A DNA stretch of 64,000 nucleotides from Takakia lepidozioides (Eukaryota; Plantae; Bryophyta): the NCBI GenBank assembly GCA_030704615.1, contig CM060734.1:24676001-24740000 (forward strand), in the 5' to 3' direction. Positions within the stretch are counted from its first letter, which is position 1; each line of letters opens with the position of its first letter. Shown here piece after piece: positions 60,492 to 64,000 of this stretch. The notes beneath the pieces were generated by a model. The model had not been told where the DNA came from. It searched no databases and saw nothing but the letters and a program-made list of their open reading frames with translations. The position numbers were made by a program, and so were the translations under genes.

Positions 60492-61805
60492 CTTGGGAGG
60501 GTGATGCAAATCAATCTTGCGTTGACGCAACCTTGATTTGAGAAATGAAAGCATTTGTTTTTTAGGATGTATTTTGCATTTTGTATGGTTGTTGGTCCTG
60601 TTGTTCTTCGTTTCATGTCTTGCATTGCAAGTCTTGCCAACCTGTTCTGCACCATGTTTTTTCATAAACCGCAAAGACGCTTTAGGGATTTCTTGGTGTT
60701 TGTCTGGATAACGTCTATGAAAAGTGGATGTGAATTGGGGGAAGGAATTTCGTAAGAACAAACTCATTCTCTTTTGTGTTCATTACGCAACAGGACATTG
60801 TACTCTCTGAAATATCCTATGCTCGTGGACAAAAACCATCCAAAAACCACCCGTGATTTCTCATCCGACCAAGATTTGGATGAGGGATGAGACTTCTCGG
60901 AAAATAAAGTTGGCAAATCTGGGGCGTGGTAGTCGCCTACAGTTCCGCGGAAATAGGTGGCATCCGCGGAATTAGGTCCTGCACGTAGGAAACCTTGCTG
61001 ACGTGGCGTGAGCCTGGCTGGGCTCACGCGCTCACAGGCTCACGCGGCCAGGCTGACGCGCAAGCATTCCCCCACGCTTCTCCATCTGCCCCCACAATAC
61101 TTATTCTCACCCAACAAAAATCGCCTGACGATTCCCACCCTCTTACGCCTCCCCACTGGAGCCCATTTACTAGCCACTATTGAACCCAATCAACTTAAAT
61201 ACGCATACACCCCCCCTCTTCCCAAATACCTCCAGCAGAAGGAACCATCTCTAACCCTTATCCTACTCGTACAACGCACATCTCCGACCAACATACCCCC
61301 TTCCCTCCTCCAGTGTCTCCATAAACTACTTACACAAACTCACAAAATGAAAGCTAACATCGCCCCCCTTACAAGACTAACCAACCCACTTCCAATTACG
61401 AAAATATTCCCCTCCATCTCCTCAATATCAAACCTAACAAGACATGGTTAAAGGCGCTACCACACCCACCACATGCCGCCCCTCCCGAGGCCCACCCACC
61501 ATCCCTCAGATGTACCAACAAAACATACCCCTCAGATTTCCCCTCACCCACTCTCACTACACGGATGGATCCCTCCTTAACTCCACTACCGGATATGGTA
61601 TATATCATGCGGCCACCCAGCAGGGTGTCGCCCTCCGCCTACCTGGTCCTGCCACAATCCTACGCGCTGAACTTATGGCAATATATGAAGCCCTATCTAG
61701 GCTAGACACCTTCCCTCCCCCCTATTATATTTTACCGACAGCCTTACTTCACTCTTCCTTATCAGAAACCACATAGCCCGCCCTTCATCCCACCATCACC
61801 ACCAG
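56910..61805 (+). mobile_element. Degenerate Dualen/RandI-like non-LTR retrotransposon: RT, chromodomain, PCIF1-like segment, RNase H
   Basis: RT NYRPIALAN, YIDFKNAFGS, QGDTLSP, AYADDL; chromodomain at ca. 58790-58935; RNase H YTDGS, TILRAEL, FTDSL at ca. 61555-61760. Interrupted by 59528-61070. Confidence 0.8.
59528..61070. mobile_element. Non-autonomous MULE-family insertion with two palindrome sub-arrays
   Basis: GTGAGC/GCTCAC-rich ends; AAATCAACCTTGTGTTAACACGAGGTTGATTT repeats (59715-59875) and AAATCAACCTTGCGTTGACGCAACCTTGATTT repeats (60040-60540). CCCACGC flanks both sides (59521-59527, 61071-61077); exact ends uncertain. Confidence 0.7.
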
Positions 61806-63858
61806 AGATGGGCTTAGTCCTGGATACAATTCAATGTAGGCCCCCCACGTTATCACTGTGTGTGGCTGAAGAGAGTAATTACCGGAGAATGCTCGAAGAA
61901 AGCCCTGGATTTTGTTTCTCAAAGTGGGAATTGGATTGTTGTCCGTGGGGCTTGTGGCCAAAAAGTTTTGAACATCCATCGTAGTAATCCAAAACAGATT
62001 CCATTCCAATGCCTTGTTTTGCCGTTGCCAGTATCGAGGGAAAATGCTGCCTTTTGAAGATCAGAGGAGTGATGCAAATGGCCTTGGGGTCCGACACAGG
62101 TCGCAGCTGTGAGCATCCCCGTAGGACCAAGTTGGGAAAGGTGTGGAGGTTAGAGCAGATTTTTGCAATGATTGGATTGAGGGCAATTGTAGAACTATCC
62201 TTAGCGGGGACAGGAGCTGACTGCTTTGGTGGAGGTGGAAGGGGGCGTTGCTCCGAGGGGCCGGCAGGCCTGACACTGTGCTGGTGAATCTGGGTTTCTT
62301 TTGCATTGTTGCTGCCTGATGGAGGAGCTACCTCCATGATCATGCGGTCGAGCTTATCCTTACACCTTTTCCTGATAGGGAGGAAGACCTTTGCTGCAGA
62401 CCTGAATCCCAATTGGCAGGCTTGGGTAGCCTAGAGGAGGATTGCATGCCTTCAATGACTTGGGGTCTTTCATAGAGAGAAACATCCGGTAGGTTGTCCA
62501 GAGCCTGCTAAGGGGTAGCCGCCAAGTGAGTGGTAGATGTATCATGAGTAGTTGAGTTCCTTTTGCGTTTAGCCTTAGGACAATCAACTCTGAGGTGGCC
62601 CCTCTGCCCGCAGATATAGCAGGCTGTGGCTGAGGTATCATCTGTAATCTTAACGGAAAAGTAATTGCCATCCTCATCAATTGGCAACTGCACAAACTCT
62701 GGCAAGACTGTGTCCGCAAGCATTGTTACCACAATTTGACAACCAACATGTAGCCCAGTGGTAATGGGCACATACCATGTTGGATGTGGTTGTGGGTTCA
62801 AACCACGGTCTGGTGTGTCATGAAGGTGTCCACCTTTCAGCTGGAAGGCAGTAGCCCTTGTGGTGAAGTGACACCATAAGTTACGCTCCCTTCGGGAGGC
62901 GTCATACTTTTTTTTTTACCACAATTTTGGGAAAACCAGTGTCATTCACTTTGGAGGCTATCGTAGCGCCTTTCCATGCGGGGATTTTCCTTAGTGCCTT
63001 AGTGCACATCTCCGGGTCAAAAACTGATAGACATCCTAGATACACCCCAAAGTGGTTTCCAATATCTGGGAGACAGAAAAGGTACTGATCTGGAATGTAG
63101 GGGAGAGCAATTATTCTAGGGGCCCAAACCTTCCCGTTCCTGTTACCCAACGCTGCAGACCGTGGGAAAATATTAACATTGAATCCATGGAGGTGGGGAT
63201 TGAATGAGAGCACCTTTGTTGCAGCCACTTCCGACTCCAAAAGGATGGAGTAAAAACCTTCCCCCCTAGAATGGCAAAATTGTGGTTTAAGATCGCCAGA
63301 GCCTCCCAAATGCTTTATGGCCCAGTCCCTGGCAAATGCCCGATCCAATTTTTTCCCCGGGAAGTGCAGAAGGACTCCTCGGCCTGGAATGTCCGATACT
63401 AGCCCGTGGAGATAAGCGAGGTCTACCTTGATGCGCAGATGATCTTTGCTCATGGCGAGCTGAAGGTCGACTCCTTCATCAATATTCTCCCCTTGAGATT
63501 GGGAAGGACCCCTCACATTCAGATTTTGTGGAGGGCTGCCATGGGCATTGAAAGGACCCCTCACGTTCAAATTGTGCGGAGGGCTGCCATGAGCACTTCC
63601 TGAACCGCCATTTTCCGATAGCGGAGCAGTGCCTGCAGGCATGACAGAAGAGGGGAGCAACCTGCCGTTAATCCCCGGGTGAATTTGCGTGGATCCCTCT
63701 TCCATGTGACCAGGGAATCTTGTAAGTGCCTGGTGAGCCTGGAAGAATCCTGTCCCCAACGAAGGCTGAGATCTTTGAGTTGCCGGGATTCTGTTTTGAT
63801 CGCTATAGAGCCTGTTCCTAGACGCGCCTCTGAACTGCTTACCACTGAATGGACCCAT
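61806..63858 (-). pseudogene. L1 LINE ORF1 (gag-like, DUF4283-type region + CCHC knuckle)
   Basis: RGEGFYSILL...IPDQYL...IGNHFG pattern of plant L1 ORF1, and CYICGQRGHLRVDC; frameshifted. Confidence 0.75.
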
Positions 63859-64000
63859 AATTGAAGAGAGGAGTTGGCGGTTGAGAAGGTGAGGAGGGCT
63901 GGAAGGGCGGGGGAAGGAGAGAGAACTAAAGGGTGCAGTCTAAGAAGAAGTCCAAGACGAAGTCGGGGAGAGAGAATCAAACTTGAGAAAACAGAATCAA

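Overview
Repeat-dense eukaryotic DNA, almost certainly a plant. GT-AG introns, plant-type Ty3/Gypsy and L1 elements point to a non-seed land plant (inference; the species cannot be named). No intact host gene is evident; the window is a stack of nested, mostly degenerate transposons. (1) A family of large Mutator-like (MULE) elements: two GCM/WRKY-like Zn domain + DDE + SWIM transposase copies (ca. 12.0-15.5 kb and 27.8-29.5 kb), GCTCA(C/T)-rich termini, and small derivatives with 9-bp TSDs. Their apparent cargo is an intron-containing ParB/Srx-like gene whose intron holds a ca. 32-copy, 116-bp palindrome array; an intron-containing beta-class N4C/N6A DNA-methyltransferase-like gene; and a head-to-head pair of paralogous orphan ORFs. 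Several elements carry their own private palindrome array. (2) A full-length 13.3-kb Ty3/Gypsy element (39675-52994, minus strand, 5-bp TSD) with extra ORFs, nested in an older Gypsy pol. (3) Several non-LTR retrotransposon fragments. One is a Dualen/RandI-like element that hides a chromodomain and a PCIF1-like methyltransferase segment between RT and RNase H. (4) A solo LTR, a RING-H2 ORF, minisatellites and microsatellites. The best candidate for an undescribed system is the MULE + ParB-like / amino-MTase-like cargo + element-specific palindrome arrays. All domain calls are by-eye motif recognition; no searches were run.
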